This document shows positions 24,917 to 39,879 of a DNA stretch of 64,000 nucleotides, piece after piece. This stretch comes from Octopus bimaculoides. Its lineage: Eukaryota. Made by a program: the position numbers and the translations under genes. Below the pieces are notes generated by a model, which saw only the letters and a list, made by a program, of their open reading frames with translations, did not search any database and was not told the DNA's origin. The stretch lies in assembly GCF_001194135.2 (NCBI RefSeq), contig NC_068985.1, positions 20,038,662 through 20,102,661 of the forward strand, in the 5' to 3' direction. Position 1 is the first letter of the stretch. The number at the start of each line of letters is the position of its first letter.

Positions 24917-25228
24917 ATTAGGTTGTCAAGAAAGTTCTTGCGGTATTTATCCTTTAAATTCAGATGCACATATCTGGGCTCAAACAAAACTTTATTGATC
25001 GAAATAAACACCATCAGAATCAACACACTTTTGCCAACGCGAAACAAATTTATTTATGCCAGTAGCGTAAAAATTCTGCGTTCTAGTCGCGATGAAGTCG
25101 TTGAAGGCGTGTTTGGCATCGTCTTGGTTTTTGAAGCATGTCTCACGCAGGAAGTTGTCGAGATGCTTGAAAAAGTGGCAGTCGGTCAGCGAGAGGTCTG
25201 TTGAGTATGGCGGATGAGGCAGAGTGTA
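24917..25228 (-). mobile_element. Mariner transposase 3' end with ITR
   Basis: LPHPPYSTDLSLTDCHFFKHLDNFL...RWQKCVDSDGVYFD (YSPDL motif); ITR attaggttgtcaagaaagttcttgcg. Confidence 0.92.
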
Positions 25229-25385
25229 AATGTAAATAATGTAAATAATGTACATAATTCCTCATCTCTTAAATATAGGACACGTATATAATTCTTAAAC
25301 AAAAATATTATAGATAGTGACTTTAAAGTTTCGGCCAGTTAAACCACCGACGTTAAGCCATATGTATATATGAACGTATGTGTGC

Positions 25386-25439
<54 letters not shown>

Positions 25440-26099
25440 TTGTGTATGTGTGTAGAAAGATTGCGTGTATATCAGTGAAGATGAGTGGATGTAATACACA
25501 TAGCTAACTGCATACGTATGTCTAATATATATACATAATACATAGATACACACATACATATATGTATATTTGTATATATATATACATATGTACAGGGAAA
25601 GAGAGAGCGAGAGAGCGAGAGAGATGAGAGAGAGAGGGAGTGCGAGAGAAAGAGTGTGATAGCGAAAGAGATCTATGTTCATATAAGTGTATTTATGTAT
25701 GTGTTTTTAATGTGTATGTGTGTGTGTGTACGTGTGTGCGTTTGTGTGTGCGTACGCGCGCGTGTGTGCTTGTACGTAAGTAAAGTGTAATGAAGAATAC
25801 TCTTGCCTGTGGAATGGGGATAATTTTGTAAGGTCTATACAAAAGTGCCTGCAAAAGCTGTAATTAGGGCAGCGTATTCTATATAGCGCATATTACATTA
25901 TCTGTTACAAGTACGTAGCTTTGATATCAATCCTTGAGATTTTTCTCAAGTTTCACCTACATGCTCGATACTCATCATACCTCAGTATGGTACAAGTTAT
26001 TTTAATTAAGTCAAAGCCACTTGTAAATACCAATTTTATCTCCAGCACAGAGTTTTTTGAATTTCTCAGGAATAAAATTCGATATCAAAACTAAAAGTT

Positions 26100-26820
26100 G
26101 AACTGTTCCAATTAATTTAATACAAGCCTAATAACCGAAAAGAAAAGTGAAGCACACGTGAGCAGATTCGCTAGTCTGAAAGACAAGCAGCCGAAAAGAT
26201 TGGAATCACTCCATTGGCATGGTACAATGTCCATAGCAAAGATAATTCTCATTTCATTAGTTGGAACCAGTATAGCTCTTTCACATGGCCAGTTTACATC
26301 AGTGTAATTGACAGATATATTAGGAAATACTTTATCCATAAGATCCTTAAGAGAAAGTATCAATTAATCCCATGTAATTTCATGTAGCTGAAGTCTTGAG
26401 TTGAATGTTAATATCCCATTACCAATCTTAAGAAGCTCGTATGATTACTTTGTAGAAGTCCCCAAAGTTACAATTTTTGTAAGTATGCATTAACCTCATC
26501 AGCTTTTGATCCTTTGGGGATAACTGGCAACGTTTGACGAAAATCTCCTGCAAGAAGTGTTACTCCTCCCATGAGCGTGCTATTGTTTTTTATGTCTTGG
26601 AGGGTACAGTCAAGTGCCATTAGAACACCAGGATGTGACATAGTGCACTCATCTCAGACAATGAGGCAAGTTTGTTGGAGAACTGATGCCATTGCAGAAT
26701 CTTTGGAAATGTTGCAAATTTGAGATTCTTTCATTGTAAGGTGTAGAGGGAGCTTGAGCATGGAATGAGCAGTTCTTCCTCCATTGAGGAAGGTAGCTGC
26801 AACACCAGAAGATGCAACAC
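26100..26820 (-). mobile_element. Helitron RepHel Pif1-helicase fragment, degenerate
   Basis: VASSGVAATFLNGGRTAHS, *DECTMSH, ALDCTLQDI...LLAGDFRQTLPVIP, KVFPNI...ERAILVPTNE. Confidence 0.92.
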
Positions 26821-26989
26821 ACACACACATACACACACACATACGTACGTACGTACGTACGTATGTGTGTATGTATGTATGTATGTATATATGAATGAAT
26901 GTATGTATGTATGTATGTATGTATGTATGTATGTATGTATGTATAAGTGTGTATGCATGTGTGTATTATACACACACATACATGTAGGA

Positions 26990-28211
26990 GGTACTGCATG
27001 TAATGCAAAAATTCTTTACTAACACAAGTCGTTCAAATTGCATGTATTAGTAGATTAACTCTCTAAAGTAAATTTTCGTTTTTCTTGCTATTGCAGGTGA
27101 AAAATAGGTTCTAAGCAGAAGCGACAATGCCATCATTGAATTCTTGACAAAATAAGGTTGCAAGACGTCTCGCATCTACCTGAAGGCTCCAGATTGTTTT
27201 CAAAAGCAATGTGCTGAGATAGATGAAATTTAAAGTAATAGAAACCAACATTGAAGACAAACTACACAATGGAAGACGATCAACTGTGATCTCTGTCGTG
27301 TAGATGGATTGATTCACGCGGACAGACCAGTAACAATCGGTGGGCTTGCTGCACAACTAATCTCTGGTCACAAAACCTTACAGATGGCAGTGGAAGACTT
27401 TCGGTGTCAAAAAATGTATGCAAATTGGGTGCCCCAGTGCTTGACATCTGATTTGAAGAAGGAAGTGTTGCTCACCTATTCTAATCTGTCGGAAGTGATT
27501 GAAGGTAACAAAGATATGTTTCTTTCCCACCTGATAGAGAATGAAAAATGGATGTATCTATATAATTCGGGAACGAAAGCTCATTTGATGAAATGGTGTC
27601 AGACTTGTTCTCCAAGGCATATAAGAAGTTCAAGAGACAGCAATCGGCACAGAAAGCCATAATGACAAAAGGCATCATTCGTCTTGATTTTGGGGAAAAT
27701 AACTATACCGTGATCAGCGAGCGATACATTAAGAAACATAAAAAGCCATTAGGAAGAAGAGAACGAACAATAACCTGTAAACAATTCACATCCATGACGA
27801 TATTGTGTCATCTATACAATCTATGGTAACAAATCAAGCAATCAGAAAATGTACTGGTCAGTGATCCGTTATACTCACAGCCCGAATCTAGCGTTCTTCT
27901 ACTCCTATCTGTTCGATTCAATAAAGGAAAAATTTGGTGGGGGGGGGGGAACAAATATTTGATGATACAAAAGAGTTGAAAGTGGTTGTGAAGAAGTAGG
28001 TGCAACAGTGCGCACCTGAATTTTTCAAAGAGGATTCGAGAGGCTGTTTCAATGATGGCAAAAATGCATCACTTGAGGTGAAGACCATGTTGAGTATTGC
28101 CTTTTTATTGAAGAAGACTTACTCTACCACTATGTGCTATTTGAGCGACCTTTGTCTTTTAAAAAGAAAGATATTCCCACTTTTGCATTACTTTCGGTAT
28201 AACCTTTACGT
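26990..28211 (+). mobile_element. Mariner transposon relic, near full span
   Basis: MYANWVPQCLT, ENEKWMYLY (GDETW-like), APEFFKE...; ITR-like end attactttcggtataacctttacgta. Confidence 0.85.
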
Positions 28212-28236
28212 ATATGTGTGTGACCACACGCGCATA

Positions 28237-28360
<124 letters not shown>

Positions 28361-29074
28361 AAGATCGTGTGTCTTATAAAATCGGCTTCGTCAATACCTG
28401 TAGTAAAAGAAATAAAAACATACAATACAGGTACAAATTTAATCTCTGGAATCTCCCGGTATGAAACTTGTTAGCAGAAGAATCAGAGATATCCAATATT
28501 ATTGAGAATATAAAAACGCAATTCAGTTTCAGAGCTGTGCGTGTTAGCATAATATTGCTGTCCGCTTCCTCTTTATGCATTCTGTTTCTTGGAACCCTGC
28601 CTCATATAACAGAACATTCAATAGATCATTCTGACCGTTCTTATCATTCTACCTTGCTATAAATTCGTCTTATGAGCAGTTAGAGTTTAGATCCAATCAA
28701 TAATAATATTGTGTTTCATTAGTTTAGGTACTGAGCTCAATTCTTCCGCTGATGTGGCATGATGGTTAAATAGGTAAAGTGTTGGACGGTCAGTCGGTTG
28801 TTATTTTAATTCTAATTTCATCGAAGGTATTTTACTGTGTATTTCTTTAGTCAGCGCACGTAATTCTACATATACCAGTTTACTTGATGCACGTCCATAA
28901 CCATACGTGCATGCATACATACAAATGTCATACAAGCGTACACGTGCATCAAACATACACATACACATACACGTATATGTATAAATATGAATGCATGTAT
29001 GTGTATGTATGTATGTATGTATGTATGTATGCATGTATGTATGTATGTATGTATGTTTATATGTATGTATGCTG

Positions 29075-29860
29075 AGACCTCCTTCGATCATGACTGACAA
29101 TGGGATTGCACTTTATAGCCTCGGGCCCACCAAAGCCTTGTGAGTGTATTTGGTAGACGGAAACTGAAAGAAACTAAGGCAGCAAGCTGGCAGAAACGTC
29201 AGTATGCCGGGCGAAGTACTTAGCGGTATTTCGTCTGTCTTTACGTTCTGAGTTCAAATTCCGCCGAGGTCGACTTTGCCTTTCATCCTTTCGGGGTCGA
29301 TAAATTAAGTACCAGTTACGCACTGGGGTCGATGTAATCGACTTAATCCGTTTGCTTGTCATTGTTTGTCCTCTCTATGTTTAGCCCCTTGCGGGCAATA
29401 AAGAAATAGGAAACTGAAAGAAACTAAGGCAGCAAGCTGGCAGAAACGTCAGTATGCCGGGCGAAGTNNNNNNNNNNNNNNNNNNNNNNNNNNNNNNNNN
29501 NNNNNNNNNNNNNNNNNNNNNNNNNNNNNNNNNNNNNNNNNNNNNNNNNNNNNNNNNNNNNNNNNNNNNNNNNNNNNNNNNNNNNNNNNNNNNNNNNNNN
29601 NNNNNNNNNNNNNNNNNNNNNNNNNNNNNNNNNNNNNNNNNNNNNNTATATATATTTGTGTGTGAGTGTGTTTGTCCCCCACCATCGCTTGAGAACCGAT
29701 GCTGGTTTGTTTACTCCCCGTAACGTAGCGGATCGGCAAAAGTGACTGATAGAAAAAGTACTAGCCTTACAAAGAATAAGTCCTGGGGTCGATTTGTTCG
29801 ACTAAAGGCGGTGCTCCACCATGTCCGCAGTTAAATGACTGAAACAAGTAAAAGAATAAA
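29075..29860 (+). mobile_element. SINE A body carrying a nested SINE B (about 29178-29408); crosses a gap
   Basis: The A body is split at ggaaactgaaagaa, which recurs after the B insert. Confidence 0.8.
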
Positions 29861-29869
29861 CGAATATAA

Positions 29870-30500
29870 AGAACCAGATATACAAATATACAGTACTCAA
29901 TCAATCAGATAACCTTATAAAGGGAACCAAGTAAGAAATAAACTTAATAAATCCGGAAATTCTCTCCTCAGCTGCCTAACGGATATCAACGTGTTTTCAT
30001 CCTCTATAGGCAGGATTACTACATCCGTCAGTGTTAAGCAGCCTTACAAACATATAGTCTAGCGTTACCTGGGAATATACAAACCTAATAGCTTCTGGGA
30101 TTTAATTACAAACTTAACAATCAGAATATATCGTAACACAGAATTCAAATATATATTACTAAATCAATAATTACCCAAGTCAATTAACAATTCAATCAAG
30201 AATTAATGCATATATAAGTAAAAATATAAATACAAATAAATATATTAAACTTATCAACATAAAATACACTATAATCACAAACACAGCCATTAGCGACGAA
30301 CATATAAAAAAATAGTTATGACGAACAAATATCATATATTAAGCAACTATGTACTCTAAATGTCCTCAATGCACTTATATTTTAAACTAGAGATGACTAT
30401 TGATTGAACCACGACATGCAGTGAAGAAATCACTATTTAAACATCCTTAATAGCGTATAACATGACATCGAATTACTAAAAAATTATTTAATAATCCCAA
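29870..30500 (+). mobile_element. Degenerate LINE 3' ORF2 fragment
   Basis: A/C-rich strand; RYLGIY (YLG motif) at 30063. Confidence 0.45.
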
Positions 30501-30528
30501 TAAAATCAGCATTTATATTCATCGCAAT

Positions 30529-30934
30529 ATATTGTTGCGTCTGGGGAGAGCCATAGTGCCTTAATATAACACATTCACCGATTCAATTTCCACTCATTTA
30601 TTTATTTATTTATTTATTTATTAATTCCAGAAAGCTTTTTCGTAGCTGCATTTGCAACTGCATCAATGGATTTTGATTCTGACTGCCCGTTATTGAAGCT
30701 GTGTTCCTTTTCTTCTTATTTTTTTTTTGTGAGATTTCGATGCGAAAACAAAAAAAAAACAAAATCAGAAAGAAACGCAACTACAATAAGGGACAGTGAG
30801 AGTCGAACTCCATTGATACGGTTGCAAATACAGCGACGAAAAAGCTTTCTGGAATAAATAAATAAATGAGTGGAAATTGAACCGGAGAGTGTGTTATATT
30901 AAGGCCCTCTAACTCTCTCCAGATGCAACAAAAT
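30529..30934. mobile_element. MITE/foldback element with about 125-140-bp TIRs
   Basis: The left arm atattgttgcgtctggggagag...gcaactgcatcaatgga pairs with the right arm tccattgatacggttgc...ctctccagatgcaacaaaat. Confidence 0.85.
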
Positions 30935-30993
30935 TTGTTTCAACACTCTAATTCACATAAAGAAGCTTGCAAGCCAGATACAAAAGCAAAGTA

Positions 30994-31048
<55 letters not shown>

Positions 31049-31391
31049 ACAAACGTGTTACCGGTTCAAATATGCTTCAAGCATACTTGAACCCATAAGA
31101 AAGCCATTCACGGTATTTTGTCATGGAAGAAAATTTCTCGTTGTAGATAAATAAGTGTAAATACACCGAGTCAGCTCACACTGACACTAACCAGATTATA
31201 GGATGCATGCATTTTGGAGTGGTTATCTCCTCTTCAGCCACAGAGACCGGAAAGGGAGACGCTGCGAACTGACACGAGAGACAGATCCTACGATATTTCC
31301 GTTATCCTTTAGTGTGTGTATATGTGTGTGTGTGTGTGTGTTGTGTGAATGTAGCGTGTGTGTGTGGTGTGTTTGTGTGTGTGCGTGTATA

Positions 31392-31457
<66 letters not shown>

Positions 31458-31657
31458 TGTACGTATGCAGAAAATTAATATAAACAGCAGTCTGAAATGT
31501 TTTACCAAAAACGTAAACTATAATTGTCACTAAATATGACTAGGTTGTTAGAAACACTTATATTGCTAGAAATAAGAGCTAAAACGCTCTCATGCTGTAG
31601 GCAAAACATATAATTGTATACATATACACTGACGGGGACTATAATCGCCCGATTGAC

Positions 31658-31713
<56 letters not shown>

Positions 31714-33497
31714 ATCCATCTCTGTATGAGAATAGACATATACAAGTATATATATATACGTATATGTGTGTATGCATGTATGTGTGTCTGTGTGTACGAG
31801 TGTGTGTGTATGTGTGTGTGTGTCTGTCTATCTGTGTGTGTGTGTTTGTGCGCATGCCTATGTGTGTGTGTGTGTGTATGTGTGTGTGGTTGTGAATGTG
31901 TAGCAGATACCGAGTTATCTATGAAAATTATCAGAGAGGGACCCGGTGATTATAGTCCAATGCGAGATTTATGTATTATATTTCTCGTCTGCTCAACATG
32001 ATAAAACTGGAGTGAGGTTGACTCTTAAAAACTTTTCACAGCTTAGGATATATTTGTACTTGCATTCGAAATTCTACCGTAAGTCTTCAAAAAGCAACAG
32101 GGGATCTCAACAGTCTGTACTCTCCGACTGTTTATATGAATGTAAAAACTTTAACAATAAGTTATACAGATTTAATTGTATAGTCTATTTTTTAAAGTAG
32201 GTATTTTAATATTTTCTTTCTGATTAAAATAATCATTTTAAAGGTCAAAACTATCAGGGGCTATTTCATTATTTTACTGTTTCTTTACAGTTAAATAAAT
32301 CTATGCTTAAAAATAAAAAAAAAATTAAGCAAGAACACAACGTATTATATAAATATATTATTCTTGGAAATAATCTGAAGAAACAATGATATAAAAATGA
32401 AGCAAGAACACAAATATATTATTCTAGGAAATAACGTGAAGAAACAGTGATAAAAAAAATGAATCTCAAAATAATAACTGGCTGGAATTTTCCTTGGGAT
32501 TATCCGTGGTCGAGACAGATTTTTATGCCCAGGTGAAAAGGCAACATCCATAACACACTGTGAAATTAAAGATTAATTAATTCATATGCTTGTATCACGT
32601 GGTAATGACACATGCAGTTAATTTTCATTGATCGCCTTCGAGTGTATGTAGGCGGACATATGTCCGCCCACACTTTCTAGAGAATATCTGATGCTCAGTA
32701 AAGTGGGGAAAAAGTGTTTGCGAAAACTGACAAGCAAGAAATATTACTGCTGGATTATTGAAAATAACAACACAGTTATCTTTGCAATAACGTCAACCTC
32801 AGGGATTTCAGATGCTGTTATTGTGAATTTTTCGTTGTCTAGGAAGATTTTGTTATTTTATTAAAAATGCAGTTAATTAATTCATGAATAAAGGGAATAC
32901 AGGAAATAAGAAATAGAAGTATAGCATAATGATTCGCTCCTTATTAACTGCTAAAAGCACAGTAAGCAATTTGGAAAGAATATAATATGTAAAAATAATA
33001 TGACGGAAGCGGACGTAAACAAACTAGCGTGTTACCGGTTTTTCTTTTCTTTACTGAACGACAGTTTTCAAAGAAACTGCTAGCTTGGGATTGCTGTTAT
33101 TCTGGATGCTCTTATTACGGTACTTTATAGTAATTGAATGAAAGATTTGTAAGGTGTTTAAAAGAAGAAACTCTTGATACATTTCAAATAATGAGTGAAA
33201 TTTTATGAGATTATATTTTGGATATTAATTAATCATAACGATAACATTAGCAACAAGACGAATTACAAATTTCCATGTTAATTATTGCATTGAAATTGAT
33301 GCTGAGACTTGTTGAAATTGCATGGGCGTATTAAAACATTAATCCGGTATACATAAAAGAGACAGTATTAATTTAAAATAGTCATCTATACAGCATATTT
33401 AATGTATACACACAATCGATAACATCTCTTATGGACATGGTGTGTTTAAAAGCACAATAAATATAAGAACAAGTACCGCAGTAATGGGCTACCGAAA

Positions 33498-33554
<57 letters not shown>

Positions 33555-33709
33555 AAAAGAAGGAAAATGCACACAATTTACACAGTTTTAATATATTTTT
33601 CAATATATTTTTGATATCTTAAACTTTATTTTGTATAAACACTTTTGCATTACAACTCACCACGTGGGAATATCGAAATTCTCCTCCACCATGTTTCTTT
33701 ACATATATT

Positions 33710-34250
33710 TACACCCGGTTTGTTAAGTGTCGCCATCTATCAGGAATCCCAGAAATCGATGTTTCGAGTTTATTGACACTTGTCAATGGGATGTACCTAT
33801 TGACAAAGGTCAATCAACTCGAAACATCGATGTCTGGAATTCCTGAGAGATGGCGACACTCAATAAACCGAGTGTTTTCACACCATTTTTACCATAAGAG
33901 AGATATTTTCTCCACGGTAACCGCAGTGTATTTGCTTTTTAATAATCAGAAATATATCACAAACGTATTTTAACTGACGTAAATTTTGCTTATGCCTAAA
34001 CACTGTTTGGCACTAATATTTCGATATTTTCCTCGGCCGGACGATCTACTAGCGCTGACAAGAGTCAATAAACTCGAAACATTGATGACAGGGATTCCTG
34101 ATAGTTGTCGATACTAAATAAACCGAGTGTTTTCACTCCATTTTTTTTTTACCATAAGAGAGATATTTACTCCACGGTAACTGCAATGTATTTGCCTTTT
34201 AGCAAATGAAAAATGTCACAAACATATTTCAACTAACCTAAATTTTGCTT
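33710..34250. repeat. Long near-perfect hairpin (33710-33876) plus tandem duplication of its right arm and flank
   Basis: Arms 33729-33777 and 33809-33857 are reverse complements; the unit at about 33810-34000 repeats at about 34060-34250. Confidence 0.85.
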
Positions 34251-34297
34251 ACACACACACACACACGCACGCACGCATGCACGCACGCACGCATGCA

Positions 34298-34347
<50 letters not shown>

Positions 34348-34354
34348 CACATTC

Positions 34355-34690
34355 TTTCATTCTTTTATTTGTCTCAGTCAGTTGACTGCAGCCATGTTGG
34401 AGCCCCGTCTTGAAGAATTTTTAGTCGAACAAATGAACTCCAGGACTTACTATTTCTTTTAAAGCCTTGTACTTTTTCTATCGGCCTCTTTTGCCGAACC
34501 ACTAAATTACAGGGACGTAAACAAACCAGCACCAGTTGTCAAGCAGTATGGGGGACAAACATAGACACAAAGACACACACATACTCAGACGCGCGCGTGC
34601 ACGCACACACACATACACACATATATACGACGGGCTTCTTCCCACGTATCATGTGGTTGGGAAGCAAACTTCTTACCATACAGCCACGCC
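34355..34690 (-). mobile_element. SINE family A, internally deleted
   Basis: Family A tail and head with the CORE-like middle missing. Confidence 0.75.
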
Positions 34691-34754
34691 CGGGACTATA
34701 TATATATATATATATATATATACATACACACACGCACACACACACACACACATA

Positions 34755-34790
<36 letters not shown>

Positions 34791-35424
34791 CTTTTAGAAT
34801 CATAGTGGGTGTGTATATGTGAGCGTATGTGTGTTTGCGTATGTGTGTTTGCGTATGTGCGTATGTGTGTGTTTTTGCGTGTGCAATCTCTATATCTACA
34901 AAAAACATAGTATGTGTGCGTGCGCATGTGTTTGTGTGTGTGTGTTTGTGTGTGTAATCGCCATATCTGCAAGAGTGTGCGTGGGTGTGTAGCCTCTACT
35001 GAGATGCACTGCGTTGACTAGTTATATAATAGAAATATTCGTTCAAAGACCATAATTTCCTTTCAATAATTACGCACGAAATATTTTGTGAAGAAGGATA
35101 TGAATCTGAGTATTATTTTGTATAAATAGAAAAAGATAACAAATGGGAATTGAGAAATTAATTATTACCATAACTCAATTTGTTTGGAGAGTAATTTTCA
35201 AAGTGCAAGCAACGCCAACTTCAGTGTTTACATTTCGAAACTTGAAACCCCATATAGAGACTAATGTATGCAAGTACTTCTGATCTGCAGTTCAATAAAT
35301 CAATGAATGACTTGAGTTGTAAAAAAAGGTTAAAGGTTCACATTGAATCAAGTGAAACTCTGAGTAAAGTAAAATGAAATCGTACAATACTTGATGATTT
35401 TTTATTTCTTTTGAGAGAAAAATA

Positions 35425-35885
35425 TCCTTTCTACTATAGGCACAAGGCCAGAAATTTTGAGGAAGAGGGCCAGTCGATTAGATCCACCCCAGTACGAAAT
35501 TGGTGCTTAACTTATCGACCCTGAAAGGATGTAAGGTAAAGTCGACTTCGGTGGGATATGAATCCGGAACGTAGTGCCAAACGAAATAACGCTAAGCATT
35601 TCGTCCAGCGTGCTAACATTTCTGCCAGCTCACCGCCTTTTATGTTGAGAGAAAATATAAAGATTATATGTGTTTCTGTGTTTCGGTGAGGGGACCATTT
35701 TTCCAATAAAAATACGAGTTCTATTTTACTTCTTTTTAGTATTACTTGCGAAATGATCAAGGTAGCTAGCTGGCTGAATTGCAAGCACGTCGAACAAAAT
35801 GCTTGATAGTATTTCTTCCGGCTCATTACGTTCTGATTTTACCAGAGATTGACTTTGCCTTTCGTCCTTTCTGGGTCGATAAAAG
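35425..35885. mobile_element. Two SINE B copies in opposite orientation (35425-35640 -, 35755-35885 +)
   Basis: Family B matches on both strands. Confidence 0.75.
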
Positions 35886-36157
35886 CATCACACTGATCGA
35901 ATTGTTAAGATAATGATCTCTGACCGAGATCAAAATTTCAACCGTTCGCATTTTTGTACCGACAGATCATTGTATCATATGTAAATAAATTTAAATCTCA
36001 AAGGTCTAATCCTCCTAGCTATAAACGAGAATTTATGATACATCACTACAGATAATAACACTTTTGAAAAGTCATCAGTTAATTGTTTATGTAGAGCTGG
36101 ATTTCATTTACAGAAAATCCTATTACAGATAGTCATTACTAGAGACAAAAGTCTCGT

Positions 36158-36403
36158 GGATCTTTTCCTTTATTGACAAACCACAGCAGTAATTGTTTTC
36201 ACCTCAAAAGACATCATTGATTGGTTGAAATTACCGAAATACGACAACTTTAACACGAAATAACTTCGAATATAAAGAATTTTTTTAAAAACGCCAAGAG
36301 TAAATGATGTTTTAAATGACACATTCTACCAGTATACGAAATTTGAAAGTGTTTAGCTCCAAAGAAATATTTTTTCTATGTGCCGGCCAAAAGGAAAGGA
36401 TCC
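36158..36403. mobile_element. MITE with short TIRs
   Basis: ggatcttttccttt ... aaaggaaaggatcc. Confidence 0.6.
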
Positions 36404-37659
36404 AAGTTTCGTTATGAAAGATGTTATACTTAGCTAAATCACGCAAGAAACAATCTAAACTAGAATAGAATTTGTGGCAAAAGTTTCTCAATTCTTTAAT
36501 TAAAGTACACTTACTTTATTACTGCAAAAACACCGTTCGCCATTGAATAAAATGAAATAACCAAATAAATTATTTGCGTTGCACTTCTTTGCTAAAGGTC
36601 TGATAGCCTTGAATGTCACGGAGAAATGTTCATTCTTGAATGGCGTACTTCTATTTCTTAACATATTTGCCATCAAATGTTTAATTTACTTTTTGAGCAT
36701 ATTTCATCTACACGAAAGCTCACAACCCAAACAAAATTTATGGGTGACAGGCGGTTACTTTTCAACATAGGCATAAACAAATAACGTGTTCATCTAGGCG
36801 CATTAATTTCTTTACTGTTTCTCGCGAGAATACATCCTCCACATGTTATTCTGTAATCAATTAAAAGCAAACTAGACTTCATTAGATGCTATTAAATTTT
36901 GACTTTTACAGTATGGCTATATATATTTCTTATTCTCGTAGGATTTAATTTCTCTTGCTCTTATAAACAGTCTCATAGTAGAATCGGTTGTTTTAACCTT
37001 TTAAAACCAACCTAGTAATAGAATGGTTGATTTAATCTTTTTATCTTTAGGAAAAGCAAACAAAGAAACAGACAAAATAAAATGAATAAAACATAAATAA
37101 GTTTATTATTAAGTAGCAAAATATGTATACACACAAACATACGTACGTAGATGTATTTATACATTCGCAAACGCAAACGCACATATACGCACGTTTAAAT
37201 ATACATACATAATGCATACACATATATCAACGCATACGTATGTTTAAGAATGTACTTACATACGTATATAAGATAAGAATTTAAATGCTTCTATAATATA
37301 TCATCTAAATGTGTATACAATGTGTTTATATAGATACATTGACCTAGGTGTCTTTAGTATAGTCCACTCTGTTGCAAGTATTCGGATGAAGCCTCCACTC
37401 TGAGATTAATTTCCTCTCCTTCCCTTTCCTGTTACAGAAACTCTGAAAAGAGCCATGAATGCTGCTCTTCTTTCTGCAAGTAAACCACTAGGCATGGTTG
37501 TGCACTGAAGAAATTCTATTCGCAACCACCGTTCAGTATTACTGTGCGGCACCTTGGGCAAGTGTCTCTTCTACTACAGACCCGAGGCGACCTTGTGAGC
37601 AAAATTTGGTTGGCGGAAACTGCGTGGAAGCCGGTCATTGACATGCTGTGCTAAATGGT

Positions 37660-38640
37660 CCTTATTCGTTTCGGACATCACCTGGTCAACGGCGACCTTC
37701 AGTATTGTTATTGAGAACATATCGGATTAGTCTCCCTTTCAAGAATGCTCTAAACGGAATGGTCTATAGGAAGTAGAGTTTGGAGGTCACAAGTTTGGTG
37801 TTACATGATTGTAAAGATTGATATCCATTCTTGGGTAACGTGAACTTTGTCAGAAGGTGCTTAGCAACTGTCGTTAACACCCCAACGTATCCAGTGGAAT
37901 TAATTCTAAGATCATGTGGTAAGATGTGAGGTAGCATGACATGACATTCGTTAATCACCACTCTTAAGACCACCATGGTTGCTGGAAACTTAGTGTTCGT
38001 TATTCTGAAGACAGAAGGATCTATATATAGCCATCTGTAATTTCTCCTCTTAGACTTTTAGTCTTGGTCAAAGTTTTTCTCAACAAAGAAGAACCAAAGC
38101 ATGTCATGTGCGTGAGGATTTTTGAACCTTGTTAAGTAACCGCTTGCTACGGATCAAATGGTTTTCCAATGTCCTTGCAGACATGAAATGGCCTCTCTTC
38201 TATACATACGACTGTTATCAAATGTCCTAGTGCACAACAACTCTGCTACTCCACTCCGACACCTGAAGTTCTTTGGTGATAGTCCTTATAGATTTTCCGG
38301 GATCATCATCGACAGTGTTTTGAACACTTTGAATAAATTTCGGTCTCTTTGTAGTGTTACAACGTTTAGAAATGTTTTCCGGTTTAATTGAATTGGAACA
38401 TTCCTGCCAAAGGCTTTCAATTCCACCCGAAATTTGTGTACAAAATATCTTACCACGTTTCGGAAGGTTGACAAGTTCTAAATCACCGCGTTCCTCACAC
38501 ATGGCAACAACGGCTGCATGCTTTCCCATTTTTTATATCTTAGAATTTTATCTGCAGGGATCTAAAAGAAATAAAGAAATTGCTTTGACGAGAGTAATAT
38601 ACGTATAATTAAGTGTCCTCAGATACCTCTCGCCGACTGT
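37660..38640 (-). mobile_element. Tc1/mariner (maT/DD37D-like) transposase relic
   Basis: VDDDPGKSIRTITKELQVSE...VVH and MVVLRVVINECHVMLPHILPHDLRINSTGYVGVL (VMVLGVVS.EG.VMPPH...GL.VN...Y..VL). Confidence 0.8.
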
Positions 38641-38846
38641 TGGAAAAATATTGAGAAAAAGTTAAAAGTGTATCCAAATTTTCTTTCATATATACATTGT
38701 GTAATTAAAACAAGAGGAGAATAATCTTATTCCATGTGTTTATATAAATGAAAATAAAAATATAAAGATACGTTTTCTCAGAATAAATGTTTTGTATCAT
38801 AGTTCAACTGAAATTATATTGGTATAAGTATTAAGATGAGTTTGGC

Positions 38847-38936
<90 letters not shown>

Positions 38937-39829
38937 NNNNNNNNNNNNNNNNNNNNNNNNNNNNNNNNNNNNNNNNNNNNNNNNNNNNNNNNNNNNNNNN
39001 NNNNNNNNNNNNNNNNNNNNNNNNNNNNNNNNNNNNNNNNNNNNNNNNNNNNNNNNNNNNNNNNNNNNNNNNNNNNNNNNNNNNNNNNNNNNNNNNNNNN
39101 NNNNNNNNNNNNNNNNNNNNNNNNNNNNNNNNNNNNNNNNNNNNNNNNNNNNNNNNNNNNNNNNNNNNNNNNNNNNNNNNNNNNNNNNNNNNNNNNNNNN
39201 NNNNNNNNNNNNNNNNNNNNNNNNNNNNNNNNNNNNNNNNNNNNNNNNNNNNNNNNNNNNNNNNNNNNNNNNNNNNNNNNNNNNNNNNNNNNNNNNNNNN
39301 NNNNNNNNNNNNNNNNNNNNNNNNNNNNNNNNNNNNNNNNNNNNNNNNNNNNNNNNNNNNNNNNNNNNNNNNNNNNNNNNNNNNNNNNNNNNNNNNNNNN
39401 NNNNNNNNNNNNNNNNNNNNNNNNNNNNNNNNNNNNNNNNNNNNNNNNNNNNNNNNNNNNNNNNNNNATATATATATATATTACATACATACGCATTCAC
39501 ACACAAACACTCTCACACTAATTAGTGAAAGTCTGGTTCTATCTTATCTGGAGAATTACTCGTTTATGACTGTAGTTGTCTGCGAGACATTCTCATCGCT
39601 TGCAAATTCAATCTAAGCTGAATAGCACAGATTCCTAATTTTCAGTTCAGTTCAAGATTGAATTTACGTGCGATTTCTGTCTTCATCTGAACACATTAGA
39701 TACACACAGGCGTGATTGACAAGCATGCTATACATAATGCATACATACATACATACATACATACATACATACATACATACATACATACATACATACACAC
39801 ATACATACGAACACATATGTTGCAGTAGG

Positions 39830-39879
<50 letters not shown>

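Noticed and set aside
29408-29467. Exact repeat of the SINE B head just before a gap
   Set aside because: Probably contig mis-extension beyond the TSD rather than a real tandem copy.
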